Below are positions 33,840 to 47,470 of a stretch of 64,000 nt of DNA, one piece after another. Numbering within the stretch: the stretch's first letter is position 1; the number at the start of each line of letters is the position of its first letter. The notes under the pieces were generated by a model that made no database searches, had not been told where the DNA came from, and saw only the letters and a program-made list of their open reading frames with translations. The position numbers and the translations under genes are program-made. Origin of the DNA: Tubiluchus corallicola (taxonomy: Eukaryota; Animalia; Priapulida); NCBI GenBank assembly GCA_030141605.1, contig JAQGDQ010000445.1:1-64000 (forward strand), in the 5' to 3' direction.

Positions 33840-36800
33840 ATGGTGCTAGCGCAGAAACAACGCACTTCTGTCGTTGTTTTCTTGTGTGTTCTTAGTCTGT
33901 GTTATGGACAATCAATAAAAGTAGAGTATCTGATCGAGGAGGGACAGCCTGTCGGAACGCTTGTGGGCAAAATTCGGGACCAGGCTGACAGCGCCTATCC
34001 ATATTCCCTCCAACCCCAGTTTTTAATATTGCACGCACAGCCTAATGCGAACGATTTTGACGAAAGCAAATTAAGAGACGGTGATATTTACACTGCAGCC
34101 GTGCTCGACCACGAAACGATACCCGAGTATAACCTGCAGATTATTGACACCAACTCTGTGTTTGTAGATGTCACAATTAAGGTTGTTGATGTCAACGATA
34201 ATTCTCCAAACTTTCCCGTGAAAGAAAAACATTTGGAATTGCCAGAATCTAGCGGGACCCTGGTCAACGCTCAGCCTATTGCGTTGCCGCCCGCCGTCGA
34301 TTTAGACAGCGGGACGTTCGGTGTGCAGAGATATGCAATCATTTCTGGAAATGTTGACGACGCATTTCGTGTTGTCCCACGACAGGACTTGAAAGGGTTG
34401 GACTTGGAGGTAAACTATTGGCAATTAGATAGAGAAAAGGTGCCGTTTTATTCGTTGTTGATAGCGGCATTTGATGGAGGACAGCCAGAAAGAAATGGTA
34501 CGATGTTGGTTAACATCACTGTGCTTGATATCAATGACCACGCCCCCGTATTTGCAATGAGCAAGTACGAAGCAGTGATCAAAGAAGATTCGCCTACCGG
34601 AATTGAAGTTCTTAAAGTGACAGCGACTGATGCTGACATCGGTGAAAACGGTAACGTTAGTTACTCCATTGATCGTCGTCATAGCGACCAAGACTTTGTT
34701 TTCGTTATTGACCCTCGAACCGGCGCAATATCGTTGAACAAGCGATTGGATCACGAAAAGAAAGGCGTGCACCAATTGGTCGTCGAGGCAAAGGACGGCG
34801 GGCAGGAACCGTTAAGCAGTCGAGTGTCGGTCAATGTTCGCATCGAGGATGTAAATGATCATCAACCGATTATAACGCTGCAATTTATGAACGGCGAAAA
34901 CCAAACTGCAAAGGTCGCCGAAGATGCGAATGCCGGAACGTTTATCGCACGAATCTCTGTCACGGATCCCGACAGTAAGAAGGAGCTGAGTAACATCAAC
35001 GTCACCTTGCTGGGAACCGAGGGCCACTTCAGATTGGTGACCGCCGATAACGTCGTCCACTGGGTGGCCGTGTCCGAGAAACGCTTACACCACGATGTTC
35101 GTTCTGAATTTGATGTAACTATCTTGGCGTCAGACAACGGTGATCCGCCTCTTAATACCACGAGGAAGTTTAGAGTAGCTGTAGTCGGTGTAGAAGATCA
35201 GGCGCCTGTTTTTACTCGCCAGCTTTACAAGGCTCAGCTGTCAGCTTCGACTGCCATTGGGACTCGGGTACTCCAGGTGCAAGCGCGAAATCGAAACAGT
35301 GCCGCCAACGATGACATCATTTACTCAATGGTCTTGAACAGCAAGCACTCTGATTGGTTCACTATTGACCCGTCTAGTGGATGGATCTTTACTAAACAGC
35401 AGATAGACTGTTCAGTAGATGTGGCACCTAGATTTTCTGTCACTGCTAAAAATAGTGCTAAACAGACGCTAATGAGTAAAGCAACGGTACTAGTATTCAT
35501 AAGTGATACATCTAACAATAAACCAGTTTTTGTTCACAGTTTTTATAACTGGTCAGTTGCTGAAAGCGAGTCGCCGGGTAAGTGCATTGGTCAGGTATCT
35601 GCTATCGACGATGACTGCAGCGACAGTTTGCACGTAACTTATGCGTTAGGCGATAGTTTCCGTGGCGATGTGGCTGCCATGTTTACCCTCAACAGCAGCA
35701 CGGGATACGTCTGCGTTACTGGGAAACTTGACCACGAAACGGAGAAGACCTACGATTTTTCCGTGCTGGCTCGGGATCAAACCGGCGCATCCACCAACGC
35801 AAATGTCCGAATCACGGTGCTAGACGTCAACGATCATGATCCGGTGTTTAATCCTCGTTATTATAGAGTCGGTCTGGCAGAGGGAGATGTTCAAGGCACC
35901 AGAGTGGTTGCCGTTCAAGCAGAGGATAAAGACGGGGGCATTTATGGGAAAATTAAATACGCTATAGTTGACGGTAATGTTCAGGGATTGTTTAAGATTA
36001 ATGCTGACTCTGGCGAAATTTCATTGGCTAAAAAGTTGGTGAGAAGAAGCAATGGCGCTCCATACTTGCTAGTCGTCAAAGCAGAAGACGGGGGTGGACG
36101 CAAAGCCATCGACAATGCAAAAGTCACTGTAGAGGTCGCTTCGAGGAATAGTGATTCGCTGAAGTTTCATAAATCTCTCTACACGTTTGCCGTGAGCGAA
36201 GACGCGGTAAAGGGAAGAACTGTAGGACACGTTACAGCGTCTAGTTTGGACCGCGCCGACATAAACCAGCCCATTAATTACACGATAACGTCCGGCAACG
36301 TTTTTGGGTACTTTACGATCAATGCCTACACTGGTACCATACGGACGAATCAGTTGCTGGACTATGAGAGAACACCATTTCTTGTGTTGAATGTGCAAGC
36401 GGAAGTACACAGCGTGCAACAGAGAGCTCATGCTCAAGTCAACGTCAGCATTATCGATCAGAATGACAACGCTCCCGAGTTTCCCAGCAAAGCAGCTAAT
36501 GTTAGTGTGTGGGAAAATGCCAGCGTGAGCGACATCATTTACCCCTTTCACGCGGAAGACCGGGATAGCGGCGAAAATGGCAGAGTGTCATATTTTCTGA
36601 AAGAAAACCCTAGTGAGACATTTAAGCTCAATCGGACCACGGGAAAATTGTTCCTAAATCGACGTCTTGATTTTGAACAAAAAACCGGTTACGTTGTCAC
36701 CGTAGAGGCTCGGGATGGCGGAAAACCACAACTAAAAACTACCATGAGTTTGTTTGTTCACGTTCTCGATGTAAATGATAACAGTCCAGTTTTTGAGAAG

Positions 36801-39800
36801 ACGATGTACAGAACAGCTGTTTCCGAAAGTTCGGCTGTAAACGATTCAGTCATACAAGTTAAAGCTACTGACACAGATTCCGGGCGAAATGGTCACGTGA
36901 GTTATTCACTAAATGGAGCTCATGATAAGTTCATCATCATTCCGGATACTGGCTGGATTGTCGTGAACAGTCAGCTGGATAGAGAAAAGCAAGATAAATA
37001 CCTGATGACGATCGTGGCGTCCGATCATGGTAATCCACGTAATTCCGCTCGTGCAACATTGGAGGTCGTACTCGAAGACAAGAACGACAATCCACCTCGT
37101 TTTGTGCAGGATTATTACGATTTCTTCATTATGGAGAACAAGCCGGCAGGTTCCGTAGTTGGAACGCTGCATGCGACGGACTCAGATCTGGGTAAAAGCG
37201 GAACGGTACATTATCAGTTGTTGCAAGACTATGAACACTTCGCAATCAACTCAAAATCGGGCGAAATTGTTACCAAGAGCATTCTAGACAGAGAAGAGAG
37301 AGCTCAACATCGAGTCATGGCCATTGCGAGAGACCTCGGACATCCCAGCCTGGAAAGTCAGGTGGAGGTGATTATATCCGTGGGAGACGAAAACGACAAT
37401 GCCCCCAATATCACAGATCCCATCCGCAAACGAGGAACAGAGATGGCGCTCGTGTCGGTCCGGGAACAAGCCGTGTCTGGAGTTCGCGTTTTTCAGGTAT
37501 GTCTAATGATTATTTTAATAGCTTGGTAGGATTGACAGCGAGTGAAAATGTTTAATTAGGATTATTTGGCAATAAACAAACAAATTAATATGTTGGAAGA
37601 TTCCCCCTTGATTTAGTCTTTAGACACTTCCAAAGCCTGTAATTACTCTGCTTTTTTAACATTGAATTGCAAATGTTACCTGATTTCAAATTTCACCTTT
37701 TTCTAACATATTTTCTATCAAACTTTTTAAAATTAAACTCTGATTATACAAAAACATGATTATAAAGTTTACGCTTGAATTTTGTAGTGCAAATTACATT
37801 TGGGTACTGGATTAGCTTCCACAAACAAATTCTTTGTGTTTAAATGAAAAGTAAACTTTCCGGGAAAAATGTTAGAAGGATTTAGAAATAAGAGTGTGAT
37901 AAGGGCCTGGTGTGATTAGTGAAATCATTTTAAAATCATCATCATTTGGGTGTTCCCTTTTTGAACACCCATTTTTCCTCTGATGACGTCGTTCATCTGC
38001 AGGAAATGGCAGTGCACTGTCAATTTCCGTCAAAAATATGATTAGTTTTCACAAAAAACTAGGTAGCTAATTTTGTGATATTTTTGCGTGAATATTAGGT
38101 ATGCTGCGGAAGTCGGAGTTAGTTTAAGCAGCTTGCGCTTACAGAAAATCGCTAAGTCCACCGCTCGTCATAATTTTCAAGTGAACGGTGGCTTCCACTG
38201 CTAGTATGAATTAAGCTTTGCCTTGTAATCAGTCTTTGTTATATTTTTCTAAGTTTAAGTGACAACAGTAAAATAAAACCAACCTGCTAAGTGACGTGTC
38301 CTTTCCTTTAGCATTCTAGAGCAGAGGTGTGCAAATTATCTGACTAGCCGGGCCACATTAAACTTCCCCGCAATTCCTGTGGGCCACAGGCAGTTTGATC
38401 AAGGAGCCAAGTACAGAAGGGCCTAATAAGGATTTTTTTGCATCCGACCTGCGTACATCATTACTACTGCACTCAAGAAACTATTTTGGAAGTTATTAAA
38501 ATTTATATTACAAACCATGTATTTCTACTTTCAGGATAGATAGTGGTAATTTCATTACAATGCATATTAGTAATGTGTATCACACAGTCTGTGTAGTACA
38601 GTGATATTAAGCTACAGCCGTCTTGTAAGGGTTAATGGCATCCAATCTAGTAGAAAAAACTACCCGCACTATCTTTGGGATCGTGGCACGGACTTCAGCT
38701 GGATACACTCAATTAATTGCCCGGGCCGCACTTTCATTAGGTTGACAAAACTCTTTGCGGGCCGCACAAATTCTCTCGGCGGGCCGCAATTTGCACACCC
38801 CTGTTCTAGAGGACTGATACAGGATTTTCCGTATGCGAATCTTTGACATTTCGGGGAAAGCGTTCCCTGTCCAGCAGACGACGTGAATGAATAACTAGAT
38901 GACACGTTATGTCTTCAACTTCCTAATAGCCGTAACTTGTTACAGGTTTTAGCTGAAGATCTCGACAGCGACGACAATGCGCAGCTAACCTACTACATTG
39001 AAAGCGGGGCTGTCGTGGATGGAACTCGTTTATTCGCCATTAACAAGATGTCTGGAGTTGTCTCCACCACTTCTGCTTTGGACAGAGAGCAGGTAGAAAA
39101 CTTCCCTATTTATAATTTGCGGAATTCAATGTGAAAAATTTTTATTTAACTTAACCTTTGTCTTCATTTTGCTTTGCTGATTGCATTTTCTTGTTTGCTG
39201 CTGGCATACTTTGAGTTGCCTGGAAAAGCTAAAAATTTACTGAATCGGACCGTTGCCACTAGTGTGAACATTCTTTATCAGAAAATGCGAATTCGAATCG
39301 AATTTGTGATTTTGGACCTCGACCGCAAATTGAGTTTGAATTCAGTTGTAAAAGTGTTCGAATAAACTTTCGAATCCTAACAGAAATCGCAAGTAAATTG
39401 TGCTTTATCACATCATGTTCCAAACATTTTAATGATGAAGAGCGTATGTAATTAAGTGCCGAATTATTCAAATCCATAGCGTTAGGATCGAATCGAATTT
39501 AAAAAACCTATTCGAATTGAATTTAAACATCCGATGCTCATCCCCAGAATTAAATTCAAATTTTAGAGACATAAACGTGTCAGCGCTTGCAATGTGAATT
39601 TTTTCCTGTTTTTGTAGATGGAAGTTTACGTATTGGATATTAAGGTCCAGGACAATGGCAAACCACCACTTTCCTCGTCGCTCACGGTACAAGTTACGGT
39701 GCTGGACAGAAATGACCGCAGCCTGCTAGAAACTAAGATGTCGTTTTCTGTCGCCGAAGATGCAGATGTCGGGACAGTTATTGGTACCGTCGGCGCCACC

Positions 39801-42800
39801 GACAGCAACTCCGACAAGGACATCATGTATATGATCACAGATGGAAACACACTAGATACCTTCGATATCAACAAAGCCAGCGGCGAGCTGTACAGCATCC
39901 GCCCAATGAATTATGGAGACACGCCCTCTTTTCGGTTGCAGGTGCAAGTTTTCGACTATTTTGTGCAGAATCCGTTGAGTGGTATCATCCAGGTGGAAGT
40001 GGAGGTCATTGACGTCAACAACAACGCACCGGAGTTCGAAGTCGATGGCATCGAAGTTTCGGTCAGAGAGACTGTCGGCATCGGCACCGTTGTGCACACG
40101 TTCACTGCCACCGATCGCGACTCCGGGACAAACAGCGTGCTGCGCTACAGCATTACCGAGGCGGAGCCGTTGGGCGGATTTTTCGCTCTCAATCCGATCA
40201 GCGGCGATTTGATCGTCAGCAAACCGCTGGATGCGGAAACGACGCGGAACTTTCGACTGTTTGTGACCGCAACTGATCAAGCCGACGATGTAAGCAAAAG
40301 GTTATCTACAACAATCACAGCTACAATATTTGTCGAAGATGAAAACGATAACGCACCAGAAATCGTGTCGCCCTCTGCCGTGTCTCTTTTCGAAAATGCC
40401 CCTCCTGATTTTCAAGTGATGCAAGTGGTTGCGTTTGATAGAGACAGTGGCGAGAACGGAAGAATTTCCTATTACATTGATTACCATCACCAAAAAGGCC
40501 TGTTTATTATTGACCCGATCTCTGGTATTTTGAGCACCAGAGAAAGTTTGGACCGTGAAACTGTAGCTCAGCACAGGCTGACCGTTGTAGCTCGGGACAA
40601 TGGCGTCCCGTCCCGCTCAAGTCATCAGCTTCTCATTATAGACGTTGTTGACGTCAATGATCACGTACCTGTGTTTACACGCGATGTGTACAATGTCAGC
40701 TTGAGGGAGAATAAGCAGCCTGGCACGTTCGTTGCTCGTGTGACAGCTTCCGACGCCGACAAGGGCCTAAACGGGGACGTGTTTTACTCCCTATCCACGC
40801 TTGTGGCAGACGTCCATATGCCATTCAAGATCGACAGCCGTGACGGAACCATAACCAACACACGCATCTTGGACAGGGAAGTAAGGGATGTTTACACAGT
40901 TGTAGCGTATGCCCACGACAGAGGAGAGCCTACAAATACCGGTTATGCAGTTGTCAGAATTTACGTGGAAGACGAAAACGACCATACACCGGTTTTTGGA
41001 GATTCTTGCTATCCGCTTAGTGTGCCAGAGAATGTGGACCTCCACTCGGGCATCCGTTCCGTAGTAGCCATCGACGCAGATGCCGGAGACAACGGCCGTA
41101 TTGTATACGGGATAGCAGACGGAAACACCGACGGCGCATTTAGGATAGATCCCGACTCCGGCGTATTATCTAGCGTTGCTTTGGACAGAGAAACCACTTC
41201 CGCATACCAGCTTGTAATAACCGCACAAGATTCGGGGGTGCCGCCACGAACGGGCTCCTGTACCATTGATGTCACAGTGACCGACGAGAACGATAACCCG
41301 CCCAAATTCACTAAAGAGGCATACACTGGCAGCGTAAGAGAAAATGCCCCAGTCGGTACAAGCGTGCTGACCGTCTCGGCCGTGGACAATGACCAGTGGG
41401 ATAATCAAGCAATAATCTACACTTTGAGCCTCAGCGCTAGAGGTTTGTTTACTGTGGACAGTGAAACTGGTGTGATCACGACAAACAAAGTGCTGGACAG
41501 AGAGAAAGCGACGGTGCACAGATTCGAAGTGGTTGCCATGGATTCTGGATTGTACTCTCGTCATACGTCGACGTCGTCGGTGACGGTTACTGTTGATGAT
41601 GATAACGACAATCCTCCAGTGTTCTCGGCGTATCCATTTCGTGCTCACGTACAACCGACTGTCAGCATTGGTCAGCTGATAATACAGGTATGTTGGTTAA
41701 AATACTTATACTGAAAAATTACATCATCCTACAATCAATCGCTCTTGAGTTTAGCAATCACTTTTCTTTTAGAATGTATTAAAGCAGGAGAAAATACTCC
41801 TAATTAAAGCTTAGAAAGTTCGTCTTCACATTTTTTACTATTTACACATTGTCTTGTTGCATACAGGGCTTGTGTTAGCAGTTAAATTTTAAAATTTAAA
41901 CTCCCGCAATGACTGTTAGGTGCAGCCATTTTGACATTTGACAAGTTAAGTTTACATTGCACAAAGTTTGAAAAAAATCAGAACGTTCACAACACACACT
42001 TCACTAACTAAGGAAAAGTGTAAATTACTGTATCTTGTCAATAATAGTAAAAAATACATCGTGTTGGTGAGCCAGTGGTGCACACTGGGAAGGTGAGTCA
42101 GTAGCATTTTACCAAGTAGAGCAAACGTTTTAAACTACCAAGCATTTTCTTTTTTAGTTACATGAGTGTTTCTAACATGTAATGCTATGTGATATATCTT
42201 TGTTTTGAAACTTCTGGTGTAAACTTAGTAGTATTCCCCTTTCTTCCACCTTCAAAGAAAGCAGGATGATTTTTCGTATACTACCCCAAGTTCGATAAAA
42301 AGTATACATTTTAACGCAATTAATATGGCAAAGCGTTTCTGATACTTAAATAATAGATTAAAAACTTAATTAACGGCGGGCGAGCTCAATTATTGATAAC
42401 AACACAAACTAACATAATTTTCAACAACAAAAGTATTCCTTGAGCGTGTTGCACGTGTTTGTAAAAGACAAAATTGAAGTACTATGCTACTGTAAGAGAT
42501 TGAGCATGTTGTAATTAAGCTCAGCAAGTTTTAAGATAAAAATTCAAATTTCAAATTTACTGCTGTCCTCACACATGAGCTGTCCAACGTGTGTAGTTCA
42601 TCACAAACTAACACATCTGAATTGAGAGATACAGCACCTGATTTTTGGTGCAACGCATTTCCAAAATGCAGGCGCTTGTGCTCGTCTGACTAGCGAATGG
42701 CGATGAGCACATACCAGCGAAGAACTAGTATTGCGAATGCGAAATTGCTTTTGTGTGGTAATATTTGTTTTACGCGAGTCATTATTTAAAAAAAAAATAG

Positions 42801-45800
42801 TGTGTTTTCTTTCAATATTTTAAAGAACTGGTTGTTTTCACCTACAGTTTAACATTGGGTCCGGTTTTGCTTCAAGCTTTTACCTATATTTGTGCAATTA
42901 GATGAGCACTTGAAACTGGCCATAGGTGTCGCCACCAATTGGACATCATTTTCTTTTAGTTAAGTTAAAACCGAGTGAGCTGATCTCGGTGAAATGGTAA
43001 TTAAAACTTCACGCTGGCATGCCAGTCTTGTTTTCACTCTTTGCTTTCCTGATTCGCCATTTTGTAAACTTCAGGTCGAAGCCAGTGATGCAGACGAAGG
43101 TACCAATGCAAACATCGTGTACGAACTCACGCAAACAAATCCTCTATTTACAGTTGACAGGACTCGTGGTGACATAACCGCAAAGAAGAGCTTGCTACAG
43201 CATGCGGGCTTGCACGAGTGAGTATTTGTCGACGTTCGTTAATGATTAATTAATAATTAATGTTCGTTAATAATTATGTTATATTTGAAGCGAAGTACAG
43301 CCAAGTGGTCAGGGCATTGTGCTTCACAGCTGAAGTTAAAGCAAGACGTCTAAAATATTCGCTCTGAGCGGTTAATAATTTACAAATTATTCTATTGTAA
43401 TGAACTTGCCATTTGAAAATGCTGGAAAGTTATTAATTAGGACTGAATTAAAACAAGGGTCTGAGTGGTCTAAGTCAATTATTAGTTCTCTTAAATACCT
43501 TAAGACAAGATTGTATGTATTAATCTAGCATTGTGTATGGACATTTTATTTAATTAAATTAAATTAAATTAATTTTAATTTATAATTCAATATGAAATGG
43601 TATAATCAGCATTCCAGAGTGATTTTCTTTATCACAGTTATGTTCTTTTTACGTCAAGCATCAGAATTGTGAGATTTTGTTATTTTGTTTACTTACAGAC
43701 TGGACGTACGAGCTACTGACCAAGGCAGACCACCACTGAGTACTGTTGGCAGAGTCCTCATTCAAGTAGGATCTGAACCAACGTCTGAGTCACTCGTTTT
43801 TACGAAGACCGAGTACACGCGCGAAATTGTGGAGCATGATCGCGGGAACGGGGTTGTCGCACAAGTACGTGCAGTGCCCGGTCCCGCACTGTTCACAGGC
43901 GTGGAGTATTCCATTATCGGCGGTAATGATAACAATGCATTCCAGATTCACTCGGTTACTGGTGCAATACGCGTCCGACAACCTGTTGTCGTTGACAGGG
44001 AGAAGACGCCGGAGTTTAAATTAATCGTCATGGCAACGTCGAATAGGGATAGTTCCAAGCCGGTGTCCAATTACACGGCAGTTTCTATCAAGTTGAGAGA
44101 CGTGAATGACAATACTCCGTATTTCACTCACACGACGTATCACGCTTTCGTGGAAGAAGGCAACAGTCGTGGCGTTTACGTCGCCGAAGTTCTCGCTCTA
44201 GACGACGACGAGGGAAGAAACTCGGACATCTCTTACAGTATCGTCGACGGCAATCTTGATCGAGCGTTTTCCATTCTCGACAGACGCAATGGCATTGTCC
44301 GGACTAATCGTCAGCTTGTTAGATCTACACATGGTTCCTACGCCCTGACCATCAAAGCCATGGACCATGGTCAGCCGTCGCGCAGTACCACCTGCCATCT
44401 GTTGGTGACAGTGTTGGACAAGAACATTAACCAGCCGACATTGTTTTCGAGTCGGCAGGCCGTGCACATTAGCGAAGACGTGCCTGTTGGAACGCTACTA
44501 GTTACCATGACGGCTAACGATGTCGATATCTATCCAAACATCTCTTTCAGTTTAGCGTTCGAACGAGGTCAGTATACTGACATAGACAAGTTTACCGGAC
44601 GAGTTCTGCTAACAAAACCATTGGACAGAGAACGGTTAGCCGAATTTGACGTTGCCGTCCGGGCGTCTGACACGGAATCAGAAGTCCAACGCAATTTGAA
44701 ATTCGTCGTGGACGACATTAACGATAATCCTCCGCAGTTTATAGAAGACAATTACAGCGTGGTTGTTCACGAATCCAGTCAGACGTCTGGCACAACCTTG
44801 CTGACTGTTTCTGCCAAAGATGCAGATGTGAATGAAAATGCTGAGATCTCCTACAGTTTGGACGCAAGCCCAGAGTTGTTGAGGTTATTCGCGATAGATT
44901 CTCGGACCGGTGAAGTCTCTACAAGGACAAGTTTATCGTACGATCCAAATCGACCGGTGCTGCTTCTTAATCTCATTGCCACTGACCACGGCACTCCTCC
45001 ACTGTCGGGTACGGCACCTTTGCTGATTACGATTGTAGAAAGTAACCGAAATGCACCAACTTTTACCCTGAGTTTATATCAAGCTCTTGTTCCAGAAGAT
45101 GCCATTCCTGGCACCAAAATTCTGAATGTTAAAGCAGATGACGCCGACTTGTCGTACAATAATAACTACGTTGACTACAGAATAATTGGCAATGAATACA
45201 GCGACGTTTTCGCTGTCAATCGCATGTCGGGCGACGTCATGTTACTACGTAGGCTTGACAGGGAAACAGTGGAGAAGTACTCGCTGGCTGTTGAGGCTAA
45301 GGATCACGGTACACCGCCACAAAGTTCACAAGCTCTAGTAGAAATTATTGTAAATGACGTTAACGACAATCCGCCCGTGTTTTCTGACACGTCCTACGAA
45401 GTCACCGTCATGGAAAACTTAAAAACGAAAACGCCAATATTTCAAGTCAATGCCACGGATAGGGACAAAAACGAAAACGGCAACGTGCGCTTCCACATTG
45501 CTTCCGGCAACGTCGGCGACACGTTTGCTATAAATCAGAGCAACGGTGTTCTCAGCGCAATAAATGGGTTGGACTTTGAGAAGCATTCAGTGTATAATCT
45601 AATCGTAAAAGCGGTTGACGGCAGCCTCACTCGTCCTCTGTCGGCAATTGCCGTCCTGAAAGTGGTAGTCGACGACGTTAACGAATTCGCGCCAAAGTTT
45701 CACCGCAGCTACGTAGAATATGTACACGAAGACGTAGCCATAGGTTCTCGTGTTTTCACCGCTCATGCTACGGATGCTGACCTTGGTATCTATGGAAACG

Positions 45801-47470
45801 TCGAATATCAGCTCACTCGGCAGTCTGATGCTAATGTTTTCAGCATACACCCGGAGACCGGCGTGGTGACGACTAATTCACGTTTAAGTTACGAGAAGAA
45901 GAACTACTACACGATGACAATCGCAGCCGTAGATGCTGGCGGGTGGAACGACTCGACTGAGGCTAGCGTCAATTTGATAAGGGTTGACAAGTATGCCCCG
46001 GAGTTTACGCAGCGAGAGTATAAGTTTGAAGTTCCTGGCAATGCTAAGGTTGGCGATGTTGTCGGCCGTGTGAAAGCATCAAGCAAGAACAAAGATGCGG
46101 ATGTGCAGATCTATTACAGGTTCACTCAAAGCAGCCAATATTTTGCCATTAACGAAACCTCCGGTGTGATAACGGTCATTTCTGCCTTTGAAAAAGCATT
46201 TGCCCGGAGGAAACGAGACGTCAGAGGCGGAGCAATAACTCTCGTCGTCCAGGCTCATTCCGGAAAACAGATGTCAACGTTTAGTGGCAGTTTTGTAGTT
46301 GTCCGGATAAAAATAGATTACTATTGTGAAGGTTGTGGCATCGGTAGTCACCATTCTATATCTGCCGTAGCAGAGGAGCAGGAAATGGTCAGTCCGCTGG
46401 TCATTGGGTTAGTTGCTGGATTGACGACACTTGTGGTTATCCTCGTCGTAGTTGCCTTTGTTGTCTATCGGGTTTACAAGCAGCGCAAGAAGCCGTCATC
46501 CAGTCACCGGAGATACCAGAACCGGTTTAGCGTTGAAGAAATCTGCAATTCTCGCGACGGCTCGAGAACTAGCCTACCGGCCGGCATTCCAAATTTCAAC
46601 AACTTCCACAGCGTGGTCAACGTAACGAACAACCTGAACGTCACTCGACATTCGGACGTGTCGCATTCGGCTTCCAGCGGCAGAGGTTCGGCCGAAGATG
46701 CGGACATGGAGGACGAGGAGATCCGGCGGATCAACGAGACGAGCAGCGTACCGGATTCCGGAATGCACGTGGATGACGACACCTCCTCTGAGGCTTCTGT
46801 CCGTAACACTCAACAGTATTTGGCACGGTTTGGAATCAACACCACAAACGTGCCAGCCAGCCCGCCGGCCGGCAGCGACGACGGTGACGGGAGCGAGAAT
46901 AACAGCATGGACATCAGAGACTTGATGTATCCGCACGTGACGGATACGAGTAGGTGTAACAATCCTACCATTTATGATACCCTTCGCAGCAGCATCGACG
47001 GGTCCAGGCGTGCCGACGCCCATTATCCCAGCTGTGAAGAGGAACTTCCAGGAAACTATAATTGGGACTACTTATTGAATTGGGGCCCGCAGTTTCAGCC
47101 CATGGCACAAGTATTTCAAGAGATCGGCCAAATGAAGGATGAACCAAGCAAGACGAGTAAGCCAAAGCATGACAGTTCAACGCGACTGCACCAGTCATCA
47201 GCAGCGATAGCCGGTACTGCCACACCAAAGACAATCATGGGAGCCACTCAAGTGTATAACCTATCTCAGCAACCGAGGTCCTCTCTTGGCTATGCGTCGA
47301 GCGAAGATTCGATTCCGGCGTCGCCGACTTACCAAGCTCCGGCGTTATCTCACTTAACGACGCCGGTGAGTATGACTTCGCACAGTAGTTACGTTCCCGC
47401 TCCCGTGTGCAGGCCTCGGGCCATTGCCATCGAGGGCGTGCACGGCTCCGAGCCGGAGTTTGAAATATAG
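33840..47470 (+). CDS. ds: Dachsous atypical cadherin, ~3262 aa. Coding exons 33840-37496, 38946-39092, 39618-41687, 43075-43217, 43699-47470
   Basis: Signal peptide, a long run of cadherin repeats (DxNDNxP, LDRE, AxDxG), no EGF/LamG domains, one TM helix ([24 protein letters not shown]). Dachsous cytoplasmic motifs SASSGRGSAE and YNWDYLLNWGPQFQPMAQVFQEI. All four introns are GT-AG and the summed exons (9789 nt) stay in frame. Confidence 0.95.
38322..38803 (+). mobile_element. hAT-type MITE with perfect 8-bp target-site duplication, in the first intron of the dachsous coding region
   Basis: ttctagag|cagaggtgtgcaaatt...aatttgcacacccctg|ttctagag. Confidence 0.9.
39257..39545. repeat. TTCGAA-rich dispersed repeat remnant (related tract at ~53040-53394)
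   Basis: Repeated attcgaat/ttcgaa motifs. The two tracts end similarly (gatgctcatccc and gtgctcacccc). Confidence 0.45.
41863..42170 (+). repeat. Dispersed repeat, homologue of 5794-6070
   Basis: Shared blocks as listed for 5794-6070. Confidence 0.55.
42255..42871 (+). mobile_element. MITE family B copy, more diverged
   Basis: aagaaagcaggatgattttt...gggtccggttttgct; colinear with 8932-9541. Confidence 0.75.

Noticed and set aside
42251-42875. Non-canonical TCAA target duplication for this family B copy
   Set aside because: It depends on a 1-bp shift of the left boundary; decayed TTAA flanks explain it equally well.
33840-47470. Calling the cadherin Fat, or treating the three big ORFs as separate genes
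   Set aside because: There are no EGF/LamG domains, the cytoplasmic motifs are Dachsous-type, and the ORFs splice in frame into one protein.
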